In this document: positions 27,418-38,019 of the stretch, in pieces
How positions within the stretch are numbered: the stretch's first letter is position 1
Layout: each line of letters starts with the position of its first letter
Source: Octopus vulgaris
Taxonomy: Eukaryota
Direction: 5' to 3'
DNA length: 64,000 bases
Assembly (NCBI GenBank): GCA_951406725.2
Contig: OX597833.1
Coordinates: forward strand, 39,308,001 to 39,372,000
Translations under genes and position numbers: made by a program
The notes under the pieces: generated by a model
Told to the model about the DNA's origin: nothing
Seen by the model: the letters and a program-made list of their open reading frames with translations, nothing else
The model's database searches: none

Positions 27418-27797
27418 AATTTCAAATATAAATTTGAGAGTGCTAGGATTAAATATGTCTGCGATTGAGCACCATTTCATAACTGATGTCCAACCAACAC
27501 TTCCAAAAATATACAGCCGAATGTGAACACATATTTATCCTTAATACCCACATATAAAATGGGCTTCTTTTGAAAAGGGACATTTGTTGGGTTTAGTGAA
27601 ATTCTAGGTATAAATACAATGTCTCCCTTACCACATCCAGTGAGGATTTTTGCTTTGGTTATGTGAGGCCTGAAGTTCAGTCACAACCATATGTGTACCA
27701 TTGCACAATCTTGGCTGATCCAAGTTTCTGAGAAGCATGGGTGATGGTAGTTAAGTTGTGGTTGTGTTGGTAGTAGAGGTAGCAGTATAGATTAATA

Positions 27798-28032
27798 GGC
27801 GGCGAGCTTGCAGAATCGTTAGCACGTCGGGCGAAATGCTTAGCGGTATTTCGGCTGCTGTTACGTTGTGAGTTCAAATTCCACCGAGGTCGACTTTGCC
27901 TTTCATCCTTTCGGGGTCGATAAATTAAGTACCAGTTACACACTGGGGTCGATGTAATCGACTTAATACCTATGTCTGTCCTTGTTTGTCCCCTCTGTGT
28001 TTAGCCCCTTGTGGGTAATAAAGAAATAGGTA
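27798..28032 (+). mobile_element. SINE family B, full length, young
   Basis: GGCGGCGAGCTTGCAGAATCGTTAGC..AAAGAAATAGGTA. The central GCCTTTCATCCTTTCGGGGTCGATAAATTAAGTACCAG resembles the MetaSINE domain. Confidence 0.9.
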
Positions 28033-28164
28033 TTAGTGGTTGAGGTGGTAGTATTGGTAGCACAATTTAGATGTTCTAAAGAAATGTTAATCCCTAATCT
28101 GTCCCACTTGGTTTTCTCTCAAGAGAAAAAGAGGTAGAGATAGTGAGAGAAGGATACGCATATA

Positions 28165-28205
<41 letters not shown>

Positions 28206-29148
28206 AGATAGTTAGAGAGATAAAGACATAGGGAGGGACACTGAGGTCTGGTAGTGACTTTAAAGGAATAAATGTAGTGTATAAACTTAGAGAAAGTTGG
28301 AGGTGGATTGAGTGATAAGTGGAGTATTTTTTTACTCTGTAAAAAGCATTATGGTAAAATAGACAGTATGTGGATTGCTAGAAATAAGAGCCAGTACACC
28401 ACCAACTGGGCCTACCATTCTATTTTTGGAAAATAAGTTCACAGTTATTTGGTGAATGGTCAAATTAACTTAAATGACACAAAAACCTGAAATATTATCA
28501 ATTTTATCTAGTGCTTTCAGCAATCAACATGTAAACAAACAAACTTTGCTTTTTATAAGAATAGAGACATGTGTGTGTGTGTGTGTGTGTGCTGGGTATG
28601 TAGGTATTTGAAAATAATTTGCAGAGTGATGACTGTGCCTTACATAGTTATAGACAGCTCTTTGGCAAGGCATGGTACCCATTCAGCCACCCTGCTAGGG
28701 ATATGGTGAGGTTATGATGGATTAGGAAGAAGTAGAAGAGCTCAACTGAGTTAATGGTGCTTCTTAAATTGATGTTGAGTGGAGGAATCTTAGGAGATCA
28801 ACAGTCAGGATCAGCAAGCTTTATCAAGAAAGTAATTGGAATGCATCCATAGGGGTGGTGTCCATGGTTGTGTAAACAGCTAATGGAAGATTCTTTATGA
28901 CTTAAACTCCTAATTCAAATTCGTAATAATGGAATTGGATGGTGATAGGGAATCATGGGAATCTGTAAAAGCAGCCAAAAAATGTACACACACACACATC
29001 AGAAAGAGTACATCTATAAAGTTACTCACCCAGCAATCTCTGCACTGAGAAAACAGATGGGATGGTCAGAATTAGAATGCTTTCAATCTAAGATTTGTTT
29101 GGTAAAGACTGACCTGGAGTTCAACAGTAACAATGGAAGTGAATGAAT

Positions 29149-29200
<52 letters not shown>

Positions 29201-29204
29201 CAAT

Positions 29205-29670
29205 CATGTTAATTTCAAATTTTGCTACAAGGCCTGTAATTTTGCACGGAAGGGGCAAGTTGATTACATTAACCTCAATTCTCAACTGATAATTATTTAT
29301 CGACCCCGAAAGGATGGAAGGCAAAGTTGACCTTGGCAGAATTTGAACTCAGAGCACAAAGCCAGAAGAAACACCTATTTCTTTGCTACCCACAAGGGGC
29401 TAAACACAGAGAGGACAAATAAGGACAAACAAACAGATTAAGTTGATTACATCGGCCCCAGTGCATAGCTGGTACTTAATTTATCGACCCTGAAAGGATG
29501 AAAGGCAAAGTCGACCTCGGCGGAATTTGAACTCACAACGTAATGGCAGATGAAATACTGCTAAGCATTTCGCCCAGCATGCTAACGTTTCTGCCAGCTC
29601 ACGGCCTTTAGAAGAAATAGCACTAAGTATTTTGTCTGGCATGCTAACAATTCAGTTAGCTCGCTGCCTT
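29205..29670 (-). mobile_element. nested SINE family B copies
   Basis: A full copy at 29373-29608 sits inside an older copy (29205-29372 plus 29610-29670). Confidence 0.82.
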
Positions 29671-29864
29671 ACATATAACATATATATTAAGTCAGTGTCA
29701 AATTAAATGTAGTTTTTATCATTTGAAACCTTGCTGCTTATTGCCTTACTATATTCATGTGCTAAACCATTTTGAAGAAAAGATTTTGGTCTATTTATTT
29801 ATGCCAATGATTTCTGTTTTTGCTGTCTATCCTGCTTTGTTTCATGCCATCAAAGTAAGGATAG

Positions 29865-30120
29865 AATGAAAAAACAAATGGAAACGAATTTGAATGGCTA
29901 TATTATATGAGATCAAAGTGGTGCGCCAAGCAGTAAAAACTACTCCCAATATAAACTAAGGTTTTTGCCAGAACACCATCAAAGACTGTACAATTCAATA
30001 CTGGTTCTCAAAATTTTATTGAGAAGATAAGAGCCTCGATGATGAGAAAGAGTTCAGACTATTTTCTGCAATTAATTTCAAGTAGTTGAGAGCCACTGTT
30101 GAAGTGGACCTATATACAAT
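29865..30120 (+). pseudogene. mariner transposase N-terminal HTH remnant (Hsmar1/SETMAR-like)
   Basis: ILYEIKVVRQAVKTTPNIN*GF..TIQYWFSKFY*EDKSLDDE..LRATVEVD, with stops. Confidence 0.7.
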
Positions 30121-30426
30121 CAGTTTCTTTCAATTGCTGTCTTCAGGTTTATAGACTGAAGACAAGTGCACAGCTGTGGACATATGTTTCTATCTAAATA
30201 GGTGTCATAAGTTGTATTTCTCTTAACTCAATGTTGTTCAGTTTATGCAAATTATCTAGGCCGTAAATATGTTCTACTCATTTTTGTTATAAGTCTATTA
30301 CCATTGGTTACAAGAGATAAGGTAGAACAATTGCCATACTGATGATGCCTGTTGAGGCAGAAACACATGATTAAAACATGTTTACAACTGACCCCTTGTC
30401 TCCAGACTGTCAACCAATGCTTTTCT

Positions 30427-31385
30427 TTAACCCTTTAGAATTTAAACAGATGTACATCCAGCCAAAATATTCTACCTATTTTATGTATAAACAGGCCAGA
30501 TCTGGCATCTCGCACCTAACCTACAGTGTCATTCCAAAAATAAACAGTCACCTCATTGAGATCTCAAAGCTACAAGAAAATGCATGATTAATTCAAAACA
30601 ATGTGGATAAATAATGATTACCATAAATCCTCAAGTATAATCTGCATTTTTTCCCCAAAATTTAAAGGTCAAAATTCCTAGTGCGTATTATACACGAGGT
30701 TAAAAATAAAAATTATCTTCTAAGCAATGTCCAAATCTCTATTTGCTGTCTGGCAATGTTTATTCAGACGTATTTTGTGATGTCAGGCGTGAAAATACCT
30801 TAAGCTAAGCCTGAAAGGAATGAAGTCATAAAAGAATCACCAAAAACTTGCAGTAAGCAACATTCATTAAACATTATTACTGTTATTTCTTTATTTTCTG
30901 CAAACAAAATGCTCAAAAAAGCTACATGTTTGCATTATGTTATATATACAATAATAATAAAGGACGTTTCCATAAACATTTTAAAAAACCAAGGACGTTA
31001 TATAGACCTCCTTAACTCAAGTTAGAGAAGGGGTACGTATAATACACAAGGTTTAGGTTTTTCAGAGGTACAGCCCCCAAAAATCCTCTGCGTATTATAC
31101 TCAAGGGCAGACTATGCTCAAGGATTTACGGTACATTTGATAGATTAATCTGAATGCTGAAGGATTAAAAATAGGATATGAACAATTATGTAGTCTGAAT
31201 ATACCAAAAAGATAATCACAAATGGAAAACCTTTGACCATAAGTCTGCTAGATCAGGGCTGATCTGGATCTAAACAGAAAAAACAACATAGCCCTCCAAT
31301 TCCTTAACTCTTTAGCATCTAAACTGGCCATATCTGACCCAAATATTCTACCTGTTTTATATTCAACTGGCCGTATCTGCCCCAA
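30427..31385 (+). mobile_element. piggyBac-type MITE plus spacer plus partial MITE (paralog of 8419-8900)
   Basis: TTAACCCTTTAG at 30427, GCTGAAGGATTAA at 31168, and a second start at 31304. Confidence 0.78.
30621..31131. mobile_element. Tc1/mariner(pogo)-type MITE nested in piggyBac MITE
   Basis: TIRs CCATAAATCCTCAAGTATAATCTGC / GCAGACTATGCTCAAGGATTTACGG. TA TSD; the host MITE is contiguous when the insert is removed. Confidence 0.82.
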
Positions 31386-31503
31386 GTTTTCAACCTGTTT
31401 TATATACTGTGAAGTCCACAAAATCAAAAACAAACAATGCACATGCATGAAATCACCTTGTATGTATATGCATTATATATATATATATATATATATGTAG
31501 ATA

Positions 31504-31535
<32 letters not shown>

Positions 31536-31768
31536 CCGGAGTAAACACATAAATATATAAATGTGAAACAAGGTGGAAAAAAGAGTACTCAAATACCAGT
31601 GGTAGAGTAATATGCTTTATTTAAAGCAGCAGAAAATTCAACAAAACCTGTTACTCTGAGTTTCACGTTGCCGTTCATCGGACAGTTTTTGCTAGAAAAC
31701 TGTCCGATGAACGGCAACGCAAACTCAGAGTAACAGTTTTGTTGAATTTTCTGCTGCTTTAAATAAAG
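31536..31768. mobile_element. fold-back double-hammerhead mini-element, copy 1
   Basis: Arms 31615-31689 / 31696-31768. Minus HHR aaaactgt-CCGATGA-acg-gcaa-cgt-GAAA-ctcagag-TA-acag. The plus arm has lost G12. Located in (TA)n. Confidence 0.8.
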
Positions 31769-31814
<46 letters not shown>

Positions 31815-31827
31815 TATATATATACAT

Positions 31828-31875
<48 letters not shown>

Positions 31876-31975
31876 ACACACATACATACAGATATACATA
31901 CATACACACACACACACATATATATATAAACACACACATACGTACATACATATATACATATATATACATATATAC

Positions 31976-32022
<47 letters not shown>

Positions 32023-32609
32023 TATATATATATATATGCATGCATGTATGTATAGATAGATAGAATAGATAGATAGACAGATAAATAAATAGACAGACAG
32101 ACAGATATATAGATAAAGAAAGAGAGAGAGAGAGAGAAAGAGGGAGAGAAATAGATAGACTAAGAGACAGAAAATTGACTGCAGCTACACAATACATGGC
32201 AGCTGAATTGGTGCCATAACCTCCTTCAGTATCATTGGGTGAGCTTCTACATGCAAAGCTCCATCACAGGTAAATGAAAGCCTCAATACATTTGCAATTA
32301 GACTCAAGTTGCCAGGCACTGCTGGAAGTGGGATACTGTCGGAAGTACCAACATCATCATGATATCCAGCTGACAGCCGTCGAAGAGAAAATCTGAGAGT
32401 AAAGTATCTATCATCTACTTTATAATTATAATTTGTGTGTGTGTGTGTGTGTGCTTGTTTGTGTGTGTGTGTGCTTGTTTGTGTGTGTGTGTTTGTGGGT
32501 GTGTACTTGTGGGTGTGCGTGTAAATATATGATATATGATATACATATATACACCCATAATATGTATACATACTGAGATTGAGAGACAGAGAGAAAAAGA
32601 ATTATCTAC

Positions 32610-32675
<66 letters not shown>

Positions 32676-32711
32676 CTCTATCTATCTACCCCTCTCTCTC
32701 TCTCTCTCTCA

Positions 32712-32753
<42 letters not shown>

Positions 32754-32965
32754 TGATATATTGAGTAGTTGAATGAATTATCTTATTATGGATAATTCGG
32801 TTAACCGATACCTGGGTAGCAAATTCACGTCAGAAAAACACGGTTGAAGTTACATGCCTAGGGCAGAGATCACGTGCTATCGTGTGGAAATTTGTGTGTT
32901 TTTTTAAATACAAATAAATGAAAGAATGGAGTTGAACGATGAATTAACAAAATTCCTTTATTTTA

Positions 32966-33048
32966 TTTTCGACATATGTTTCGAAGGCTGCATATTCCTA
33001 ATTTCGAAGGAATAAGGGGTGCATTATGCTGCCTTCTCATCAGGAAAA
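32966..33048 (-). ncRNA. type I hammerhead ribozyme (intact core, extended stem II)
   Basis: rc: ttttc-CTGATGA-gaaggc..gccttc-GAAA-catatg-TC-gaaaa. Palindromic stem III ACATATGT. Confidence 0.8.
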
Positions 33049-34037
33049 GTATGGAACTTATGTCAGCATCAAGATGCACAAAAAAACTTTTAGATGACTG
33101 CCCACTCCCTTTACAGTTCCGTGAAGCCGTAGCTAGAAACTTTCCCAGGAATTCTAGGTATTACTCTACTATCAATTCGCATAAGGTAAGGATTGCATTC
33201 TCCAACACTAGAAATCTATCGCAGATCATTGCCTCCCATAATAACAAGCTGCTAAATAAGGACTCATCACCCGGGAGTAGCGACACTGCCCTTACCAATT
33301 CCAACCAAACATACAATAATAATAATAATAGAAGTAGTATTGATAATAGCAACATTCATAGCAGCGTTGGCATTAACAATAGTAATATTAATAATAATAT
33401 TAGTCGGATTATTAACAGTGGTAGTATTAGTGGTAATAACAACAGCATTTATAATAACAGTGGTAGTACTGATGATAACAACCCCAGCATTCCTATAGTC
33501 AGGGAAATTACCGACGATAGTACAATTAATAGTAATGATAATAATATGAATAGTATTGTTGTCAATGCTAGCAATAATATTAACACCAATCATAACAATA
33601 AAAACTCTGTCTTAGTCTTGGCGGTAAACCCTAACAGATTAAAGTTCTTATCCAGCAATTCCAAAATTAGAAATTCCATTTACCAGTGCAAAATTTCTTC
33701 CGGTACCGATGTCTTCTTCTACATTGGGGCAACTACTTCTAAATTAGCCCAGAGGATCTCCAACCATTATTCAACTTTCCGAGATAAGAGAAAACAACAC
33801 AGCACAGGACTAAGTAAAATAGTTTGGCATCTTAAGGACAGTAATACAACTTTCAAGCTGGAATGGTCCATATTGTCTGTATCCTTTCCGTTTGATAAGG
33901 GCAGAAAATTTTGTGGCATCTGTAATTCCGAACTTTTCCATATTTTGTTCGCCAAAGTCCCTTTAATAAATACAATGGTCGAGAAATCCTATAGATGCAT
34001 GCACTGGCAAAAACACACCTTTCACTCATATGAATAA
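32976..34037 (+). CDS. Penelope-like polyprotein C-terminus: RT C-terminal segment, Asn/Ser linker, GIY-YIG endonuclease
   Basis: NFP..INSHKVRIAFSNTRNLSQIIASHNNKLL, then SIYQCKI..YIGATT..RISNHYSTF..STGLSKIVWHLK..WSIL..CGICNSE..LIN..RCMH. The first ~43 codons are read-through of the inverted pLTR. Confidence 0.85.
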   Translation: MFRRLHIPNFEGIRGALCCLLIRKSMELMSASRCTKKLLDDCPLPLQFREAVARNFPRNSRYYSTINSHKVRIAFSNTRNLSQIIASHNNKLLNKDSSPGSSDTALTNSNQTYNNNNNRSSIDNSNIHSSVGINNSNINNNISRIINSGSISGNNNSIYNNSGSTDDNNPSIPIVREITDDSTINSNDNNMNSIVVNASNNINTNHNNKNSVLVLAVNPNRLKFLSSNSKIRNSIYQCKISSGTDVFFYIGATTSKLAQRISNHYSTFRDKRKQHSTGLSKIVWHLKDSNTTFKLEWSILSVSFPFDKGRKFCGICNSELFHILFAKVPLINTMVEKSYRCMHWQKHTFHSYE

Positions 34038-34606
34038 TGATTAATATAGATAACCTCCTTGAATTTTAATAATATAGTCCCATTTATATATCACCCCCAT
34101 AGTCAATTTTTATACTCTTAAAGGATTACTACCCAACCCAGTGAGGTGTGTTTTACCTTTGTCTCTCTAACTCGCCCTTCTCTCTCTCTCTCTTTCCCTC
34201 TCTCTATCGTAAGCACAATCAAACACACAGACACAAACCTGCCACTTCACCACTGTCTGTTTTTGGCATCTACCCATCCACACACACAATTACGCACACA
34301 CATACACACACATAGCCATTAATGCAGTTATATACATACACACACACATAGGCACTCATTCACAAAAGAAAACAACAAAATCACCATTCATTTGACCTGC
34401 ACCCTTTTACCTTCCTATTCTTAGGTCTCTCTCCTCCAACCTTGTTTGAACCCTTGAACCTTCTAGAATCTTCTACATTCAACCATTTTTGACGTCACTG
34501 CTTATAACGGAATATTTTAAAGAAACACTCATTATCGCTATGGGCTCCATGTGGGCAGTCATCTAAAAGTTTTTTGTGCATCTTGATGCTGACATAAGTT
34601 CCTTAC

Positions 34607-34689
34607 TTTTCTTGATGAGAAGGCGGCATAATGCACCCCTTATTCCTTCGAAATTAGGAATATGCAGCCTTTGAAACAGATGTTGAAAA
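34607..34689 (+). ncRNA. degenerate hammerhead in 3' pLTR
   Basis: ttttc-TTGATGA-gaaggc..gccttt-GAAA-cagatg-TT-gaaaa (C3>U). Confidence 0.6.
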
Positions 34690-34869
34690 TGAAATAAAGG
34701 AATTTTGTTAATTCATCGTTCAACTCCATTCTTTCATTTATTTATATTGATATATATATATATATTGATAGAAATGGCAAGACAACAAAAGAATGAAAGA
34801 GACATCAAAATTATGTAAATAGAGTAATTTATCTGTAAATATAATATTTGACAGTCATTTGGTAGCCAT

Positions 34870-34930
34870 GATAAAACTCCGAGTTTCGGATGCTGGGGCG
34901 GAAACCCATGCCGGCATCTCTTCAGTTATC
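34870..34930 (-). ncRNA. minimal type I hammerhead ribozyme
   Basis: rc: gataa-CTGAAGA-gatgccgg..ccagcatcc-GAAA-ctcggag-TT-ttatc. Partial inverted copy at ~35090-35160. Confidence 0.75.
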
Positions 34931-35159
34931 GGGCCATCGAAAAAAATGCTATGAAAATGACCGTTAAAACAAAGGGAAATTACTGATTGACTGTTATTAA
35001 GACAAAAGAGCTATTCGAATGACTGATAAGTAAGGGGAAAGAGTAAAAATGTATATATATATATATATATACATATATAAATGTATATGCCAGTGTGGGT
35101 TTCTGATCCGACATCTGAAACTCGGCGTTTTATCATGGCTACTGGATAAGTGTCACATG

Positions 35160-35360
35160 TGACTGCGTGTGTACCATTGGCGATTTTTTTTATCTTGCCT
35201 TCTCTGGATCTTTCCTTTTCCTATGTTTCTGACGAAGAGCTCCGCTCGAAGGGTGTAAAACCCTCCTTCTTCCCTTCCTTCCTGAGCGTCCAATTTAGAT
35301 AATATTTGTTCCACGTCAAAGCGTTATTGTGTTTTCCTTTGTGTTTTCATGTTTGGATTA
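35160..35360 (+). mobile_element. short element with hammerhead-like motif
   Basis: gttt-CTGACGA-agagc-tcc-gctc-GAAG..aaac. Related to 725-945. Confidence 0.55.
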
Positions 35361-35404
35361 ACTATATATATATATATATGAGTGTGTGTCTAAACACACA
35401 CACA

Positions 35405-35456
<52 letters not shown>

Positions 35457-35559
35457 TATATTATCTTTTATTTTTTACTTATTACAGTCATTAGACTGTT
35501 AGACTGTGACTGCTGGGAGGCACATAACCTTCATTAATAAATAGGTTATGTGTTTTGTG

Positions 35560-35835
35560 GCATCAGCACCCAAGCTGGTACCTTGTAAGAAACACCCAAG
35601 CTGGTACCTTGTAAGAAACACCCAAGCTGGTTCCAGGCGAAAAGCACCTGTACCAGTGTCCCATAAAAGACACCCAGTACACTCTCTAAAGTGGTTGGCA
35701 CTAGGAAGGGCATCCAGCCACAGAAACCATACCAAGACAGACAATTGGAGCCTGGTGAAGTTCTGTGACTTAGCAGCTCTTGTCAAATCCTTCAACCCTT
35801 GCAAGCATAGGAAACAGACGTTAGATGATGATAAT
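35560..35835 (+). mobile_element. family D retroposon 3' end with internal 26-bp tandem repeat
   Basis: GGAAGGGCATCCAGC..GACGTTAGATGATGAT. CACCCAAGCTGGTACCTTGTAAGAAA is repeated. Confidence 0.75.
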
Positions 35836-35837
35836 GC

Positions 35838-35876
<39 letters not shown>

Positions 35877-36090
35877 CCGGAGTAAACACATAAATGTGAA
35901 ACAAGGTGGAAAAAGAGTACTCAAATACCAGTGGTAGAGTAATATGCTTTATTTTAAGCAGCAGAAAATTCAACAAAATCTGTTACTCTGAGTTTCTCGT
36001 TGCCGTTCATCAGCAAAAACTGTCTGATGAACGGCAACGAGAAACTCAGAGTAACAGATTTTGTTGAATTTTCTGCTGCTTAAAATAAAG
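35877..36090. mobile_element. fold-back double-hammerhead mini-element, copy 2
   Basis: Arms 35947-36013 / 36024-36090. Plus HHR aaaactgt-CTGATGA-acg-gcaa-cga-GAAA-ctcagag-TA-acag. Located in (TA)n. Confidence 0.8.
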
Positions 36091-36124
<34 letters not shown>

Positions 36125-36360
36125 TATATATTTAGAGAGAGAGAGAGAGGGGGAGAGATAGTTAGATACATAGACAAGCAGATAGCTATATGTATATATG
36201 TATAACTATATTTTTTAGTTTTGGTTTTACATTGCATCTGGCCACCTTTGGTTTTTTATAATTTTCATATTACCATTTTGCTGAATCAGTCATTGACTCA
36301 TATGGTAAATATTATATACTGACAGGTAGAATTTAGCTTAACCATCAGTGATGGAGTGGT

Positions 36361-36410
36361 CACTACTGATGAGCTTTGATCCCAAGTGAAACTAGCATGC
36401 TAGTATAGGG
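36361..36410 (+). ncRNA. minimal type I hammerhead ribozyme
   Basis: cacta-CTGATGA-gctt-tgatccc-aagt-GAAA-ctagcatgctag-TA-taggg. Stem III is the 14-nt palindrome ACTAGCATGCTAGT. Confidence 0.78.
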
Positions 36411-36773
36411 AGCTCACTTGCTGTGAGTACTAGTTATCTCTCCTGTCAGTACATAGACAATGTGTGCTTTGTGGCTATAAGGGTCTTTGACTCTTGTTTC
36501 TAGCAATGTAGGCGCTACCCTGCATCATCAATTTCTATTAGTGACAGATGAAGTTTTCCTTTTTGGTTTTATATTATGTCTAGCTACCTTTGTTATTTTA
36601 TATATATATTAACTTCATTATTACATATATATACACACACTCACTAACTAAACATAGACACACATAGAGGTATACGCAAGCGCAAATGAAGACACATACA
36701 ATAGGAATACAAAATACAAAATGGCTGACCGTTAGTAAGGAGAGACACACAAATAAGAAAGAAGAAAGCAAAG

Positions 36774-36817
36774 GACCACTGATGAGGTCACAGGAGTGTG
36801 ACGAAAGAACTCTGGCC
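36774..36817 (+). ncRNA. minimal type I hammerhead ribozyme
   Basis: gacca-CTGATGA-g-gtcaca-ggag-tgtgac-GAAA-gaac-TC-tggcc. Confidence 0.72.
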
Positions 36818-36911
36818 AAAATAAGATTAAGATTAATGTAAAAAATGAATAACGCTGAAGCGTGTGTTTTTATTGGCTAAACTGGCAAAATGACCATTCC
36901 TAAATACAACA

Positions 36912-36989
<78 letters not shown>

Positions 36990-36991
<2 letters not shown>

Positions 36992-37403
36992 TGTACCAAT
37001 GCGACCGTATGACAGGCACCCTTGCCAACCCCTTTGCTTGTGAAGACATGTTGGGGCAGCGAAATCGAAATCGAATTGAACCAGCCAGGATCCCTGGTCT
37101 GGTGGTACGTAAAGCACTATCCGACTCGTGGCCGATGCCATCGATGGCTTCCGTGCCGGTGGCACATAAAATACACCAATACCGTGGCCGTTGCCAGCCC
37201 CGCCTACCTGTGCAGGTGGCACGTAAAAAGCACCCACTACACTCACGGAGTGGTTGGCGTTAGGAAGGGCATCCAGCTGTAGAAACATTGCCAGATTAGA
37301 CTGGAGCCTGGTGCAGCCTTTGGCTTCCCAGAACCCCGGTCGACCGTCCAACCCATGCTAGCATGGAGAACGGACGTTAAACGACGATGATGATGATGAT
37401 GAT
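36990..37403 (+). mobile_element. family D retroposon (young, CpG-rich) with (GAT)n tail
   Basis: Longest family D copy; ends GGACGTTAAACGACGATGATGATG. Inserted in (TA)n. Confidence 0.85.
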
Positions 37404-37434
37404 ATATATATATATATATACATCTCTATATACA

Positions 37435-37466
<32 letters not shown>

Positions 37467-37492
37467 CATATATATATATATATGTATATGTT

Positions 37493-37523
<31 letters not shown>

Positions 37524-38019
37524 ATATAACATGAATATAATAAATTAAATTTTAATGACTTCTCACGAGAAGACTGGATTTGTTGAATCTATTTATCAAG
37601 TTTAGTCAACGAATTGATTGGCTGTTACCCTAATGGACTCTCTCAATTTGATTATCTTTTCTTTTGATTATAATGAATCCATTTAGTGTGCAATGTTAAT
37701 GGTTTTGGTTAGTCACTAAGCCAATACCAACCCTACCATCCTTGAATGAACCAAATACTATATCTAGTTATCCTTCACATGAAAATTCCATATACTATCA
37801 TGATCCCATTTTGTTACATATTGTCTAAATAATATCTCATGGAGAATTACTTGATGATGTGGTAATGTTATCTGAACACATTATTGCATAACTTTGTGTT
37901 ATTGGATTCCAAGTTGCATGACACAATGTGTTAATAGTAACATGCTTTTACAACTGAAGCACATGTTATATTAATATCCAAACAATGCAGTCATTTCATC
38001 TTCATTACTATATATATAT

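Larger units (their letters stand above)
32755..34743 (+). mobile_element. 5'-truncated Penelope-like element with inverted pseudo-LTR
   Basis: GIY-YIG ORF flanked by ~194-bp inverted repeats 32912-33105 / 34551-34743 that contain HHRs. The left repeat extends to ~32755; (TA)n on both sides. Confidence 0.85.

Noticed and set aside
32976-34037. Host-encoded or homing GIY-YIG nuclease
   Set aside because: The PLE RT C-terminal motif, the HHR pLTRs and the inverted 5' repeat identify it as part of a Penelope-like element.
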